This document shows, piece after piece, positions 1-10,344 of a DNA stretch of 64,000 nt (the first letter of the stretch is position 1; the number at the start of each line of letters is the position of its first letter). The stretch lies in NCBI GenBank assembly GCA_963588155.1, contig CAVAGT010000002.1:8091-72090 (forward strand). The letters run 5' to 3'. This DNA is from Lachnospiraceae bacterium. GTDB taxonomy: Bacteria; Bacteroidota; Bacteroidia; Bacteroidales; Bacteroidaceae. The translations under genes were made by a program, and so were the position numbers. The notes below the pieces were generated by a model. That model was not told the DNA's origin and searched no databases. It saw nothing but the letters and a program-made list of their open reading frames with translations.

Positions 1-2
1 CG

Positions 3-731
3 CTCAACGTGCCGCTCAACGACGTGGCTCACCACGGCGACAACATATTCCAGATAGAGGCCATCTTCATGGGACAAGCCGGTCTGCTCGACCCCATGTC
101 GGTGCCTGAGAGATACCGCGACGACGCTCTTGCCGACGAATACTTGTTCAAACTCAGCAGGGAGTATAAATACCTGGCACATAAATACTCGCTCACGCCA
201 ATAGACTTCCACCTATGGCGATTCCTGCGGCTGCGACCGCAAAACTTCCCACACATAAGAATATCGCAACTCGCCAACCTCTACTTCCATCGCAAGGCGA
301 CCCTTTCGCGAATCATCGACTGCAAGGACGTAAAAGCGGCGAAAGAAATGCTCGCGACGGAGGTGACGGAATATTGGCAAAACCACTATGCCTTCGGACG
401 CGAGAGCAAGGCAAACCGCAAGCACCTGTCGGAAGCGTCGCTCAACCTCTTGTTGATAAACACCGTGGTGCCAATGCTGTTCGCCTATGGCAGACACAAG
501 CAAGAAGACTCGCTCGTGGACAGGGCGTTCGACTTCCTTGAACAACTGAAGGCAGAGGACAACCACATAACAAGGACATGGAAAGACGTGGGGCTGGATG
601 TTGACAACGCGGGCGACAGCCAGGCATTGATACAACTGAAAAACGTATACTGCGACCGTCGCGACTGCCTTCGCTGCCGCTTCGGCTATGAATATCTTAA
701 AGGGAAAAGGGAGGCTGACAGAATACAATAA
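3..731 (+). CDS. DUF2851 family protein, C-terminal part (5' end outside window)
   Basis: Frame is open from the window edge. Motifs WRFLRLRPQNFPHIRI, LLLINTVVP and the C-terminal YCDRRDCLRCRFG Cys cluster are typical of Bacteroidetes DUF2851. Confidence 0.8.
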   Translation, partial: LNVPLNDVAHHGDNIFQIEAIFMGQAGLLDPMSVPERYRDDALADEYLFKLSREYKYLAHKYSLTPIDFHLWRFLRLRPQNFPHIRISQLANLYFHRKATLSRIIDCKDVKAAKEMLATEVTEYWQNHYAFGRESKANRKHLSEASLNLLLINTVVPMLFAYGRHKQEDSLVDRAFDFLEQLKAEDNHITRTWKDVGLDVDNAGDSQALIQLKNVYCDRRDCLRCRFGYEYLKGKREADRIQ

Positions 732-743
732 AAAACAACATCC

Positions 744-1175
744 ATGAAAAAATACTTATTCACCACACGCATGGAAGTGCGCGACTACGAGTGCGACATC
801 GAGGGCATCGTAAACAACGCCAACTACCTGCACTACACCGAACACACACGTCACCGTTTCATCAACAGTCTGGGCATAAGCTATGCCAAGCTTCACGAGG
901 AGAAACACGTTGACCCCGTGGTAGCGAGGATGAACCTTAAGTTCAAGGCCCCACTCCGCTGCGACGATGTCATGCTGTCGTGCGTCAACGTGCGAAAGGA
1001 AGGATTGCGCTACATCTTCAGCCACGACATCTACCGCGAAGCCGACAACAAGCTATGCTTCCACGGCGACGTGGAGCTTGTCATGCTCATCAACGGCAGA
1101 CTCGGCAACAGCGAAGACTACGACAACGCCTTCTTGCCTGTAATAGAGAAGTTTGACAAGGAAAATGCAGAATAG
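744..1175 (+). CDS. acyl-CoA thioesterase (YbgC/4HBT hot-dog fold)
   Basis: VRDYECDIEGIVNNANYLHY thioesterase signature; 143 aa. Confidence 0.88.
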   Translation: MKKYLFTTRMEVRDYECDIEGIVNNANYLHYTEHTRHRFINSLGISYAKLHEEKHVDPVVARMNLKFKAPLRCDDVMLSCVNVRKEGLRYIFSHDIYREADNKLCFHGDVELVMLINGRLGNSEDYDNAFLPVIEKFDKENAE

Positions 1176-2295
1176 GGAAGAAAGGCTCAACACCGCCATA
1201 CTCACACGGCTCAGCTATTTCCACCTCAACACCATGGTTGAGCTATATCGGAAGTTAGGCTCCGCCACCACCATAATGGAACACGCGAAGGAGCTTGCCT
1301 CGATGTTTCCGGGTCTTCCGACACGCGTTGTCAATGAACTCAACGACACGTCATGCATCCGCGACCGCGCCGAAGAGGAGTTGGCTTGGGATGAAGACCA
1401 CGGGGTGAGGGCGTTGTGCCTCAACGACGACGAATATCCACGCAGGCTGAAGGAAGCCCCCGACGCGCCGCTGATGCTTTTCTACAAAGGCAACGCCAAC
1501 CTCAACGCACGCCACATAATAAACATCGTGGGAACACGCCACTGCACACGCTACGGCGAAGACCTGATAAGGGCCTTCGTCAGAGACTTGCATGCCATGG
1601 TGCCCGATGCCATCATCGTTAGCGGGCTGGCTTACGGAGTGGACATCCACGCGCATCGCGAGGCATTGGGCAACGGCATGAAGACCGTGGCAGTGCTAGC
1701 CCACGGCCTCGACACGCTCTACCCTACCACGCACCGCGACGATGCCAACCGCATAGTGAACCAAGGCGGGCTCGTGACAGAATACATGACGCACACGAAA
1801 CCCGACAAGCTCAACTTCGTGAGGCGGAACCGCATAACCGCCGGACTGTGCGACGCTACCATACTCGTGGAGAGCGCACGAAAAGGCGGCGGACTGATAA
1901 CGACCCGCATTGCCAAAGAATACAACCGCGACGTGTTCGCCTTCCCCGGTCCCGTGGGCGCGCCCTACAGCGAGGGCTGCAACAACCTCATCCGAGGTTG
2001 TGGAGCGGGCCTCATCACATCTGCCGAGGATTTCGTGCAAGACATGGGATGGGAGAATGAGGCAACGTTGGAGAAAGCGAGAAGCAAAGGAATAGAAAGG
2101 CTTTTGTTCCCCGATTTAACCGAAGACGAGCAAAAGGTCGTAGGCTTGCTCCAACGCGCCAACGACCTGCGCCAAGACATGATATCGGTGAAGACTGGCA
2201 TCAACGCCGGAGCCCTCACCGCCCTGCTCTTCCAACTGGAGATGAAAGGCATGGTAAAGGCTTACGCCGGCGGCACCTACCATCTAATGGCGTAA
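1165..2295 (+). CDS. dprA: DNA-processing protein DprA
   Basis: IVGTR, IVSGLAYGVD, VLAHGLD, RRNRI and VFAFPG motifs plus a C-terminal winged helix. ATG at 1165 is preferred over the TTG at 1153. Confidence 0.95.
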   Translation: MQNREERLNTAILTRLSYFHLNTMVELYRKLGSATTIMEHAKELASMFPGLPTRVVNELNDTSCIRDRAEEELAWDEDHGVRALCLNDDEYPRRLKEAPDAPLMLFYKGNANLNARHIINIVGTRHCTRYGEDLIRAFVRDLHAMVPDAIIVSGLAYGVDIHAHREALGNGMKTVAVLAHGLDTLYPTTHRDDANRIVNQGGLVTEYMTHTKPDKLNFVRRNRITAGLCDATILVESARKGGGLITTRIAKEYNRDVFAFPGPVGAPYSEGCNNLIRGCGAGLITSAEDFVQDMGWENEATLEKARSKGIERLLFPDLTEDEQKVVGLLQRANDLRQDMISVKTGINAGALTALLFQLEMKGMVKAYAGGTYHLMA

Positions 2296-2459
2296 GCCTT
2301 CTTACTATAAAGCAACCACAAAGCAAGGCCAGTATTAGCATCGGGGACAAGCGTTTCAGAGGTTGCGCGCCATTCTTAATAAATATCGAAAAAACCTTAT
2401 TATTCTTTCAAAGACCATGAAATTTACGGATGCCATCCATAAATTGCACTAAATTTATG

Positions 2460-2467
2460 TAACTTTG
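2460..2467 (+). promoter_or_regulatory. Bacteroidetes -7 promoter element (TAACTTTG)
   Basis: Matches TAnnTTTG about 35 nt upstream of the P-type ATPase ATG. Confidence 0.6.
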
Positions 2468-2501
2468 TACCTGTCTCTTATACATAACATTATATAGAAA
2501 C

Positions 2502-5078
2502 ATGACAAAAGAAATCAACCATGATGGACTTAACAGCGAGCAAGTCGTAGCCTCGCGCGCCAAATATGGCGAGAACGTGCTTACACCGCCAAAGAAAACT
2601 TCCATTTGGAAACTCTACATTGAAAAATACAACGACCCCATAATCCAGATTCTCCTTGTTGCCGCAGCCGTGTCTTTCGGCTTGGCGTTTGTCAACCACG
2701 ACTTCATGGAGACCATTGGCATATTCCTCGCCATATTCCTCGCCACTACCGTTGGGTTCTATTTTGAGCTCGACGCGGCAAAGAAGTTCAACGTGCTCAC
2801 CGCCATGAACGACGACCAACCCGTGAAAGTGCGGCGCGAGGGCAAGGTGACAGAGATTCCGCGACGCGAGGTTGTAGTGGGCGACATAATAATAGTGGAA
2901 CCCGGCGACGAGGTGCCAGCCGACGCACGACTCATCGCAGCCACCAACCTGCAAATAGACGAGTCGACTCTGACAGGCGAGACTCTTACGACAAAGAGCG
3001 TCAACAGTGACGGCAATCATGCGACCACCTATGCACCAAACATCATCCTGCGTTCCACGATGGTCATGAACGGTCACGGCGAGGCGGTGGTGGAGAAAGT
3101 GGGCAGCATGACCGAGATAGAGAAGGTAGCTCAAAAAGCCACAGAGGCCACAAACACCAAGACACCGCTCAACATCCAGCTCACGAAGCTTGCCAAGCTG
3201 ATATCCAAGGTAGGTTCCTTCGTGTCTGTCGCGGCTTTCGTCATCTTCCTTGTTCACGACATCCTCACCAACGACCTTTGGCACACCACCAACTATCTCG
3301 GCATGGCACAAACCGTGCTCAACTACTTCATGATGGCGGTCACGCTCATCGTCATGGCTGTGCCCGAAGGATTGCCCATGGCCGTGAATCTCGCCTTGGC
3401 CCTAAACATGCGACGCATGCTCAAGAGCAACAACCTCGTGCGCAAATTACAAGCATCCGAGACTATGGGTGCCGTGACCATAATATGCACCGACAAGACG
3501 GGCACGCTTACACAAAACAAGATGCGGGTGAGCGAGATTTTCAAGTCATCGGCAGACAACAGTGACGCGACGGCCAATCTGCTCGACACCGCCATGGCTA
3601 TCAACTCCACCGCCGAGCTCGATGGAGACAAGGTGGTGGGCAACCCCACAGAAGGCGCGTTGCTGCTTTGGCTCAAGGACCAAGGCCACGATTATAACGC
3701 GATGCGCTCCATATACACAATCGTAAACCAGATACCATTCTCTACCGAGAAAAAGTTTATGGCAACAGTGGTGACGGTCAGCGGCAAGACCCTGACATTC
3801 GTGAAAGGCGCGCCAGAGATATTGCTCAACATGTGTGGTTGCGACGCAGCCGAGCGCGAGACATACGAAAAGAAACTCCTTCACTACCAGCAACAAGCAA
3901 TGCGCACGCTGGCTTTCGCCTATGCTGAAGGCGACCTCACCAACGAGCTTTTGGAGGGCAACGCCTCTAGTCTGTCGCTTCAAGGCGTTTGCGCCATCTG
4001 CGACCCCGTGCGCGACGATGTGCCAAAGGCCGTAGACGAATGTCGCACGGCTGGAATACGCGTGAAGATAGTAACGGGCGACACCACGGCTACCGCCTTG
4101 GAGATTGCAAGGCAGATTGGTGTCACCGAAGGCGAGGCCATCACCGGACCAGAATGGGCGGCACTCTCCGACGAGGATGCCTATAAGCTTTGCGAGAACA
4201 TATGCGTGATGAGCAGGGCACGTCCCGACGACAAGCAGCGACTCGTGGAGATGTTGCAGAAACACGGCGAGGTTGTAGCGGTGACAGGCGACGGCACCAA
4301 CGACGCTCCGGCACTCAACTACGCACACGTTGGCCTGTCGCTTGGCTCCGGCACTTCGGTGGCGAAGCAGGCTTCCGACATAACACTCCTTGACGACTCG
4401 TTCAGCTCCATCGCCGCCGCGGTGATGTGGGGACGCTCCCTTTACAAGAACATCCAGCGATTCCTCTTCTTCCAGCTCGTGGTCAACCTGTCGGCTTTGC
4501 TGCTCGTACTCGGAGGCTCGGTGATAGGCACGGAAATGCCACTCACGGTGACACAGATCCTATGGGTCAACCTCATCATGGACACCTTTGCCGCCCTCGC
4601 CCTTGCCTCGCTTCCACCTTCCCACGAGGTTATGCGCGACAAGCCTCGAAAGGCATCGCAGTTTATCATAACCAAACCGATGGCAAGAGGAATATTGTTC
4701 ATAGGCACCATCTTCTTCATCATCATGTTCGCCTTCCTCGTTTGGTGTGAGCGACATGGTGCCGGAAGTGTCATCGACGTGCATGAGCTGACGTTGTTCT
4801 TCACCACGTTCGTGATGTTGCAGTTCTGGAACCTCCTGAACGCCAAGTGCCTGGGAAGTGTCCACAGTGCCTTCCGCCATTTCTGGCGCGACCGCGGTCT
4901 CGTGCTCGTGTTAGCGCTGATACTTGCAGGTCAATGGATTATCGTCACCTTTGGAGGCAGGATGTTCCGCACGCTCCCATTAAGCCTAACGGAATGGGTC
5001 ACCATAACGGTGGTCACGGGCGTGCTGGTTCTCGGAGGTGGAGAACTGTACCGAGCAATTAAAAGATGTAGAAAATAA
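2502..5078 (+). CDS. calcium-translocating P-type ATPase (PMCA-like, type II)
   Basis: DKTGTLT phosphorylation site, PEGL, TGE, KGAPE and TGDGTNDAPAL motifs, multiple TM helices. Confidence 0.93.
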   Translation: MTKEINHDGLNSEQVVASRAKYGENVLTPPKKTSIWKLYIEKYNDPIIQILLVAAAVSFGLAFVNHDFMETIGIFLAIFLATTVGFYFELDAAKKFNVLTAMNDDQPVKVRREGKVTEIPRREVVVGDIIIVEPGDEVPADARLIAATNLQIDESTLTGETLTTKSVNSDGNHATTYAPNIILRSTMVMNGHGEAVVEKVGSMTEIEKVAQKATEATNTKTPLNIQLTKLAKLISKVGSFVSVAAFVIFLVHDILTNDLWHTTNYLGMAQTVLNYFMMAVTLIVMAVPEGLPMAVNLALALNMRRMLKSNNLVRKLQASETMGAVTIICTDKTGTLTQNKMRVSEIFKSSADNSDATANLLDTAMAINSTAELDGDKVVGNPTEGALLLWLKDQGHDYNAMRSIYTIVNQIPFSTEKKFMATVVTVSGKTLTFVKGAPEILLNMCGCDAAERETYEKKLLHYQQQAMRTLAFAYAEGDLTNELLEGNASSLSLQGVCAICDPVRDDVPKAVDECRTAGIRVKIVTGDTTATALEIARQIGVTEGEAITGPEWAALSDEDAYKLCENICVMSRARPDDKQRLVEMLQKHGEVVAVTGDGTNDAPALNYAHVGLSLGSGTSVAKQASDITLLDDSFSSIAAAVMWGRSLYKNIQRFLFFQLVVNLSALLLVLGGSVIGTEMPLTVTQILWVNLIMDTFAALALASLPPSHEVMRDKPRKASQFIITKPMARGILFIGTIFFIIMFAFLVWCERHGAGSVIDVHELTLFFTTFVMLQFWNLLNAKCLGSVHSAFRHFWRDRGLVLVLALILAGQWIIVTFGGRMFRTLPLSLTEWVTITVVTGVLVLGGGELYRAIKRCRK

Positions 5079-6028
5079 TGTTGGACGACAGTTACTATAC
5101 TTTAAACAGCAACTCGCAGCCTTGCGTTGCCACGATAGGATTCTTCGATGGCGTGCACCGCGGTCACCAATTTCTCATCGCCAATGTCATGGAAGAGGCG
5201 AAACGCATGGGGTTGGCATCGCTCGTCATCACCTTCGACCGTCATCCGCGGCAGGTACTCAACCAAGACTACCAGCCTCGGCTGCTGACCCCTCTCGAAC
5301 GCAAACTGCAACTCATCTCGCTCACGGGTGTTGACAACGTGGCAGTGCTGCGCTTCAGCAAGGAGATGGCCTCACTCACGGCTAAGGAATTCATGAGGCA
5401 GGTACTTGCCGAACGCCTGAATGTCAAGGTGCTTGTCATTGGCTATGACAATCGGTTCGGCCATGACCGCACGGAAGGTTTCGACGACTACGTGGCTTAC
5501 GGCCGCGAGCTCGGCATAGAGGTAGTGCAAGCAAAGTCGTACACCCTCGACAACATGAAGGTTAGCTCATCACTCATCCGCTCTTTTCTCGAAGGTGGCG
5601 AGGTAGAGATGGCAACCCATTGTCTCAACCGGCCTTACGAGTTGTCCGGCAAGGTAAAGAAGGGCTTCCAGGAAGGTCGCAAGCTCGGCTTTCCCACGGC
5701 GAACCTTGACCTTGGCGACAACAGCCTGCTCATACCCAAGGAGGGCGTATACGCGGTTTGGGCGGCAGTGGATGGGCATTCACGCCTCATGCCAGCCATG
5801 ATGGACATTGGTTTCCGCCCCACCTTCGGAGGGTCACGGCTCTCCTTGGAGGTTAACATCATTGGCTTCCAAGGCAACCTCTATGACAAGCATGTCAAGG
5901 TGCAGTTTGTAAGCCGGGTGAGAGACAACCGCAAGTTCGACAGTGCCGACAGCCTTGCCGAGCAATTGAGGAAAGACCAAGAACATATTATGAAGAAACT
6001 CCATAAGGATAGTAAACGAAACCAATAA
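5078..6028 (+). CDS. ribF: bifunctional riboflavin kinase/FAD synthetase
   Basis: GFFDGVHRGH, VSSSLIR, GRKLGFPTAN and RPTF motifs. Confidence 0.95.
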   Translation: MLDDSYYTLNSNSQPCVATIGFFDGVHRGHQFLIANVMEEAKRMGLASLVITFDRHPRQVLNQDYQPRLLTPLERKLQLISLTGVDNVAVLRFSKEMASLTAKEFMRQVLAERLNVKVLVIGYDNRFGHDRTEGFDDYVAYGRELGIEVVQAKSYTLDNMKVSSSLIRSFLEGGEVEMATHCLNRPYELSGKVKKGFQEGRKLGFPTANLDLGDNSLLIPKEGVYAVWAAVDGHSRLMPAMMDIGFRPTFGGSRLSLEVNIIGFQGNLYDKHVKVQFVSRVRDNRKFDSADSLAEQLRKDQEHIMKKLHKDSKRNQ

Positions 6029-6043
6029 AAAATATTCTTATTC

Positions 6044-6853
6044 ATGACAGATAATAAAAACACCTTGCGCAGCAGCCTCGACATTCTTTGGTATGTCATA
6101 GTCTTCTTGCTTTTGCAGCTAGGCATTGGCGCCATATTCCAGTATGTCAAAATCCCCGGCATCACTACCATCACTGCCACCATTGCCACCACCTCGCTCA
6201 GCAGTGTTGCCACGCTTTTCATCTTTCTGAAATGCAAATGGACACGTGTGTCAAACTCTTGGATGCAGACGCGTCCATGGGATGTAATCGTTTGGGCTGC
6301 GCTCATCGCCGTTGGCAGCATCATTCCCTCTGAGCAACTCATAGAGTGGATGCACTTCCAGATGCCCGAGCAGATGATGAAGTTGATGGAAGGTGTCATG
6401 AAGAAACCCATTGGCTATGTCGCCATAGGCATCCTCGCGCCATTTGCCGAAGAGGTGGTCTTCCGCGGAGCCATACTGCGCAAGCTCCTCGGCATGATGC
6501 CAAACAGGCATTGGGTGGCCATCGCCATATCTGCCCTGCTCTTTGGCATTATCCATTTCAACTTGGCGCAAGGCACTCATGCCTTTCTCATAGGCTTGCT
6601 TTTGGGATGGATGTATTATCGCACAGGCTCCATCATCCCCGGCTTCGTATTCCATTGGATCAACAACACCATTTCATATATCTTGGTCAACCTCTTGCCA
6701 CAATGTATCGACAGAAACCTCATCGACATTTTCAATGGCAACGAGCGAATGGTGGTCTTCTCAATAGTTTGCTCCCTCCTCATCTTCGTGCCAAGCCTCT
6801 TCCAGCTCAATATCAGAATGAAAATGGCAAAAGATGGAAAACCTGGCAAATAG
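6044..6853 (+). CDS. CPBP (CAAX prenyl protease-like) intramembrane metalloprotease
   Basis: EEVVFRG, FGIIH and HWINN motifs; hydrophobic throughout. Confidence 0.9.
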   Translation: MTDNKNTLRSSLDILWYVIVFLLLQLGIGAIFQYVKIPGITTITATIATTSLSSVATLFIFLKCKWTRVSNSWMQTRPWDVIVWAALIAVGSIIPSEQLIEWMHFQMPEQMMKLMEGVMKKPIGYVAIGILAPFAEEVVFRGAILRKLLGMMPNRHWVAIAISALLFGIIHFNLAQGTHAFLIGLLLGWMYYRTGSIIPGFVFHWINNTISYILVNLLPQCIDRNLIDIFNGNERMVVFSIVCSLLIFVPSLFQLNIRMKMAKDGKPGK

Positions 6854-6948
6854 GATAACACCATGCCATTTTTTAACACTTTATCCATGCAAATAGTAAC
6901 AAATTGTATTTTTAACATAACAAAAAGGTAAAAAACCCTAACAAAGAC

Positions 6949-6979
6949 TTTGCAGGAGTCGATATTTTACTTATCTTTG
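6949..6979 (+). promoter_or_regulatory. sigma-A type promoter for susC1 (TTTG-N19-TATCTTTG)
   Basis: TTTG 6949-6952 and TATCTTTG 6972-6979 at the canonical 19-bp spacing. Confidence 0.75.
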
Positions 6980-7052
6980 CAATTGACAAGGGATTAAGAT
7001 ACGTTTCTTGAGACAATCCAACAGTCACTAACACACTTTAAGTTATGTCATT

Positions 7053-10000
7053 ATGAGTGAAAGCAATTGCAAAAGAACGCTGAATGCGAAGTCATTTTTG
7101 GCAGCCACGGCGTTGACCACCATGTTTCTCGGAGGCAATGCTCTTTCTGCTAATGCTTCAGCAACAACGGGCACAACCCCGAAACCGTCGGCTGAGCAAC
7201 AGAAGAACACCGTCAGAGGAACCGTAACAGATCAGGCTGGAGAGCCTATCATTGGCGCAAGTATCGTAATCAAAGGAACCACGAAAGGTGTCGTGACCGA
7301 CACTGATGGTCGTTTTGCCATAGACGTATCAAATGGCTCTACGCTCGAGATTTCATGCATAGGCTATGAGAAGCGAATGGTGAAGGTAGGAGCGCAAAGA
7401 AACGTCAGCATTACCCTTGCCGAAGACACAAAATCGTTGAGCGACGTGGTGGTGACTGCCATGGGCATCAGGAAGGAGCGCAAGGCATTGGGATATGCCG
7501 TCACCGACATGAAGGCCGACGAGCTCATGAAGAACAAGAACACCAATGTCATCAACTCCCTGCAAGGCAAGGTTCCCGGACTCAACATCACACAGAGCAG
7601 TGGCGCGGCCGGCGCTGGAGCATCTATCGTGATGCGTGGTGCCAACTCCACAGCCGAGGGACGCAGCAACCAACCTCTTTTCGTGGTAGACGGTATCATC
7701 TACGACAACTCCACAAGCGTGGTGGGCAACTCCGGCACCGACGGCATGACGCGCAATGCCACCACTTTTTCCAACCGCGTGATGGACATCAACCCTGAGG
7801 ACATCGCCGACATCTCCGTGCTGAAGGGTGCTGCCGCTGCAGCCCTCTACGGCTCGCGCGCTGCCGATGGTGCCATCATCATAACCACCAAGAAAGGTGC
7901 CGAGGGAACGGTGAAGATCGACTACTCGGGCAAGATAAGCGCATCGTCGGCAACAAAACTGCCCGAAGCGCAAAAGCAATTTGGACGAGGATACTATGCC
8001 GACAACGGCGTGTTCAACGACCAGACCTACAACTCATGGGGCAAGGCTTACGACGGTTCGGAGACGCTGTATGACAACATTGGCAACTTCTTCCGCACGG
8101 GTACGGTGCTCGACAACAACGTCAGCATCTCGGGCGGCTCAAAGAACCAGAGCTTCTTCCTCTCCCTGTCAAACTACGACCAGCAAGGCATCGTGCGCAA
8201 GACGGGCTACAACAAGACCACCGTGCGCTTCAACGGCGAGCAGAAGTTTGGCAAGCTGACCGTCAGCGCGAACATGACCTACTCGCTCTCCAAGACCGAC
8301 AAGACCCTCACCTCTGGCGGACTGTATGGCAGTGGCGGCACGGGTACCATGACGGCTCTCTACAGCTGGCCGCTGCAAGAAGACATGTCGCATTATATCA
8401 ACGAGGACGGCACCAAATATCGCCTCTTTGACGGCATTTGGGAGCTGGCAAACGACATGGAGAACCCTTACTGGATAATAAACAAGGACAAGATGTATGA
8501 CAAGACTCACCGCTTCACGGGTGCCTTGTCTGCCAACTTCAAGATAACAAACTGGTGGGACGTTACCGCACGCTTCGGCTACGACAACTATACTACCGAT
8601 GCCTACACTTATATCGCACCGGGCTCCGTGGTCAAGGAACTGTACCAGAACGGCCGCCTCTCAAAGAGCGACTACCGCTATGAGTATTGGTCTACCAACG
8701 TGATGACAAACCTGCACAAGACCTTCGGCGACTTCGACCTTGGCCTTATGCTTGGTACGACCGCTGAGGGCACCGAGCGCCTCAACCAGACTCACTGGGG
8801 CTACGACTTCGTTACGCCTGGAACCGTTAGCTTTACAAACATTGCCACAAGCAACAAGTTCTTCACCGACGCTACCACACAGAAACGTATGGTGGGTGTC
8901 TATGGAGAGGCCCGCGCCTCCTACAAGAGCCTTGCTTACCTCACCTTCACGGGACGTAACGACTGGTCGTCTACGCTTCCTCTCGACAACCGTTCTTATT
9001 TCTATTCTTCAGTGAGCGGTGCTTTGGTATTCACCGAGTTGCTTCCGAAGAACGACATTCTCTCATTCGGCAAAATTCGTGCCAGCTGGGCGCAAGTCGG
9101 TAAGGACGCTGACCCGTATGCCACTCTGACATATCTCACGTCACCCATCAACTACGCAGGATTCACCGGCGTGGGCAACGTCTACACCAAGGGTAACAGC
9201 AGCCTGAAGCCTGAGATTCAGACCGCATGGGAAATTGGTGCCGAGCTGCGTTTCCTGAAAGGACGCTTGGGCGTTGACTGGACATATTACCACAGCTCCA
9301 CAAAGAACCAGATAGCACAGCCTCGTCTCTCCAACGCTGGCGGATACATCCTGATGTCGATCAACTCCGGCTCCGTCATCAACAAGGGTATGGAGGTTAG
9401 CATCACAGGCAAGCCTTTCGACGGCAAGGACTTCAAATGGGAGTCTACGCTCAACTTCTCTTACAACAAGGGTCGCCTGGGCGAATTCCTCGATGGCGTG
9501 GGAATGTTCTACCCCACCGACGCGCAGTTCGGCAGCGTGAAGTCGGCATCCGTGCCTAACGGCGGCAACTTCATGGCTCTCGTGGGCACACGATTCGAGA
9601 CCGAGCACGATGCCGACGGCAACGAAATAGAAGGTGGCAAATACCTCGTTGACCCATCAACAGGATTGTACAAGGTGCATAGCGGCTCTAACGACGTGGT
9701 GGGCAACCGTGAGCCCAAGCTCATCGGCGGTTGGAACAACACCTTCACCTACAAGAACCTCTCCCTTTCGTTCCTGCTCGACTTCCGCCTTGGCGGCGAC
9801 GTGTTCAACGGCACAGAGCAATTCATGGTCAGCAATGGCTTGAGCAAGCTCACCACGCAAAACAATCGCCAAAGCGTCACCGTGGACGGCATAAACGCTA
9901 CCACAGGCGAGGCTTACACGCAGACCTACGAGGCAGGCAAGACCTACACCTTCGGCAAGACCACTTATTCGGGCGAGGCCATGATCCAGAAATACTGGAG

Positions 10001-10289
10001 CAACTACGCCAACAACTCTTACAACTTCATACAGAGTGTCAACTGGCTGAAACTGCGTTCAATCTCGCTGAGCTACGACTTCACGAGCCTCCTGCGCAGC
10101 CACACCATCATCAAGAGGCTCTCTGCCAACATCACCGGACAGAACCTGCTCACATGGACCAACTACAAGGGCATGGATCCTGAGGTTTGCACAGCAGGCG
10201 GAACAGGCGGTTCTGGAGCCACGGGCATCGACTATTGCAGCGTGCCTTCCGTGCGCACCTTCACCTTTGGCGTGAACATTACGTTCTAA
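7053..10289 (+). CDS. SusC/RagA family TonB-linked outer membrane transporter
   Basis: N-terminal carboxypeptidase-like domain, plug motif DINPEDIADISVLKGAAAAALYGSRAADGAIIITTKKG, C-terminal Phe. Confidence 0.95.
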   Translation: MSESNCKRTLNAKSFLAATALTTMFLGGNALSANASATTGTTPKPSAEQQKNTVRGTVTDQAGEPIIGASIVIKGTTKGVVTDTDGRFAIDVSNGSTLEISCIGYEKRMVKVGAQRNVSITLAEDTKSLSDVVVTAMGIRKERKALGYAVTDMKADELMKNKNTNVINSLQGKVPGLNITQSSGAAGAGASIVMRGANSTAEGRSNQPLFVVDGIIYDNSTSVVGNSGTDGMTRNATTFSNRVMDINPEDIADISVLKGAAAAALYGSRAADGAIIITTKKGAEGTVKIDYSGKISASSATKLPEAQKQFGRGYYADNGVFNDQTYNSWGKAYDGSETLYDNIGNFFRTGTVLDNNVSISGGSKNQSFFLSLSNYDQQGIVRKTGYNKTTVRFNGEQKFGKLTVSANMTYSLSKTDKTLTSGGLYGSGGTGTMTALYSWPLQEDMSHYINEDGTKYRLFDGIWELANDMENPYWIINKDKMYDKTHRFTGALSANFKITNWWDVTARFGYDNYTTDAYTYIAPGSVVKELYQNGRLSKSDYRYEYWSTNVMTNLHKTFGDFDLGLMLGTTAEGTERLNQTHWGYDFVTPGTVSFTNIATSNKFFTDATTQKRMVGVYGEARASYKSLAYLTFTGRNDWSSTLPLDNRSYFYSSVSGALVFTELLPKNDILSFGKIRASWAQVGKDADPYATLTYLTSPINYAGFTGVGNVYTKGNSSLKPEIQTAWEIGAELRFLKGRLGVDWTYYHSSTKNQIAQPRLSNAGGYILMSINSGSVINKGMEVSITGKPFDGKDFKWESTLNFSYNKGRLGEFLDGVGMFYPTDAQFGSVKSASVPNGGNFMALVGTRFETEHDADGNEIEGGKYLVDPSTGLYKVHSGSNDVVGNREPKLIGGWNNTFTYKNLSLSFLLDFRLGGDVFNGTEQFMVSNGLSKLTTQNNRQSVTVDGINATTGEAYTQTYEAGKTYTFGKTTYSGEAMIQKYWSNYANNSYNFIQSVNWLKLRSISLSYDFTSLLRSHTIIKRLSANITGQNLLTWTNYKGMDPEVCTAGGTGGSGATGIDYCSVPSVRTFTFGVNITF

Positions 10290-10344
10290 TGCCACCGCCC
10301 CGTGTGAATAAGCATTTGTTTAAACATCAAAAACAAGATTATAT

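Noticed and set aside
2296..2501. yybP-ykoY (Mn) riboswitch upstream of the P-type ATPase
   Set aside because: The -7 element is only ~35 nt from the ATG, leaving no room, and no consensus is seen.
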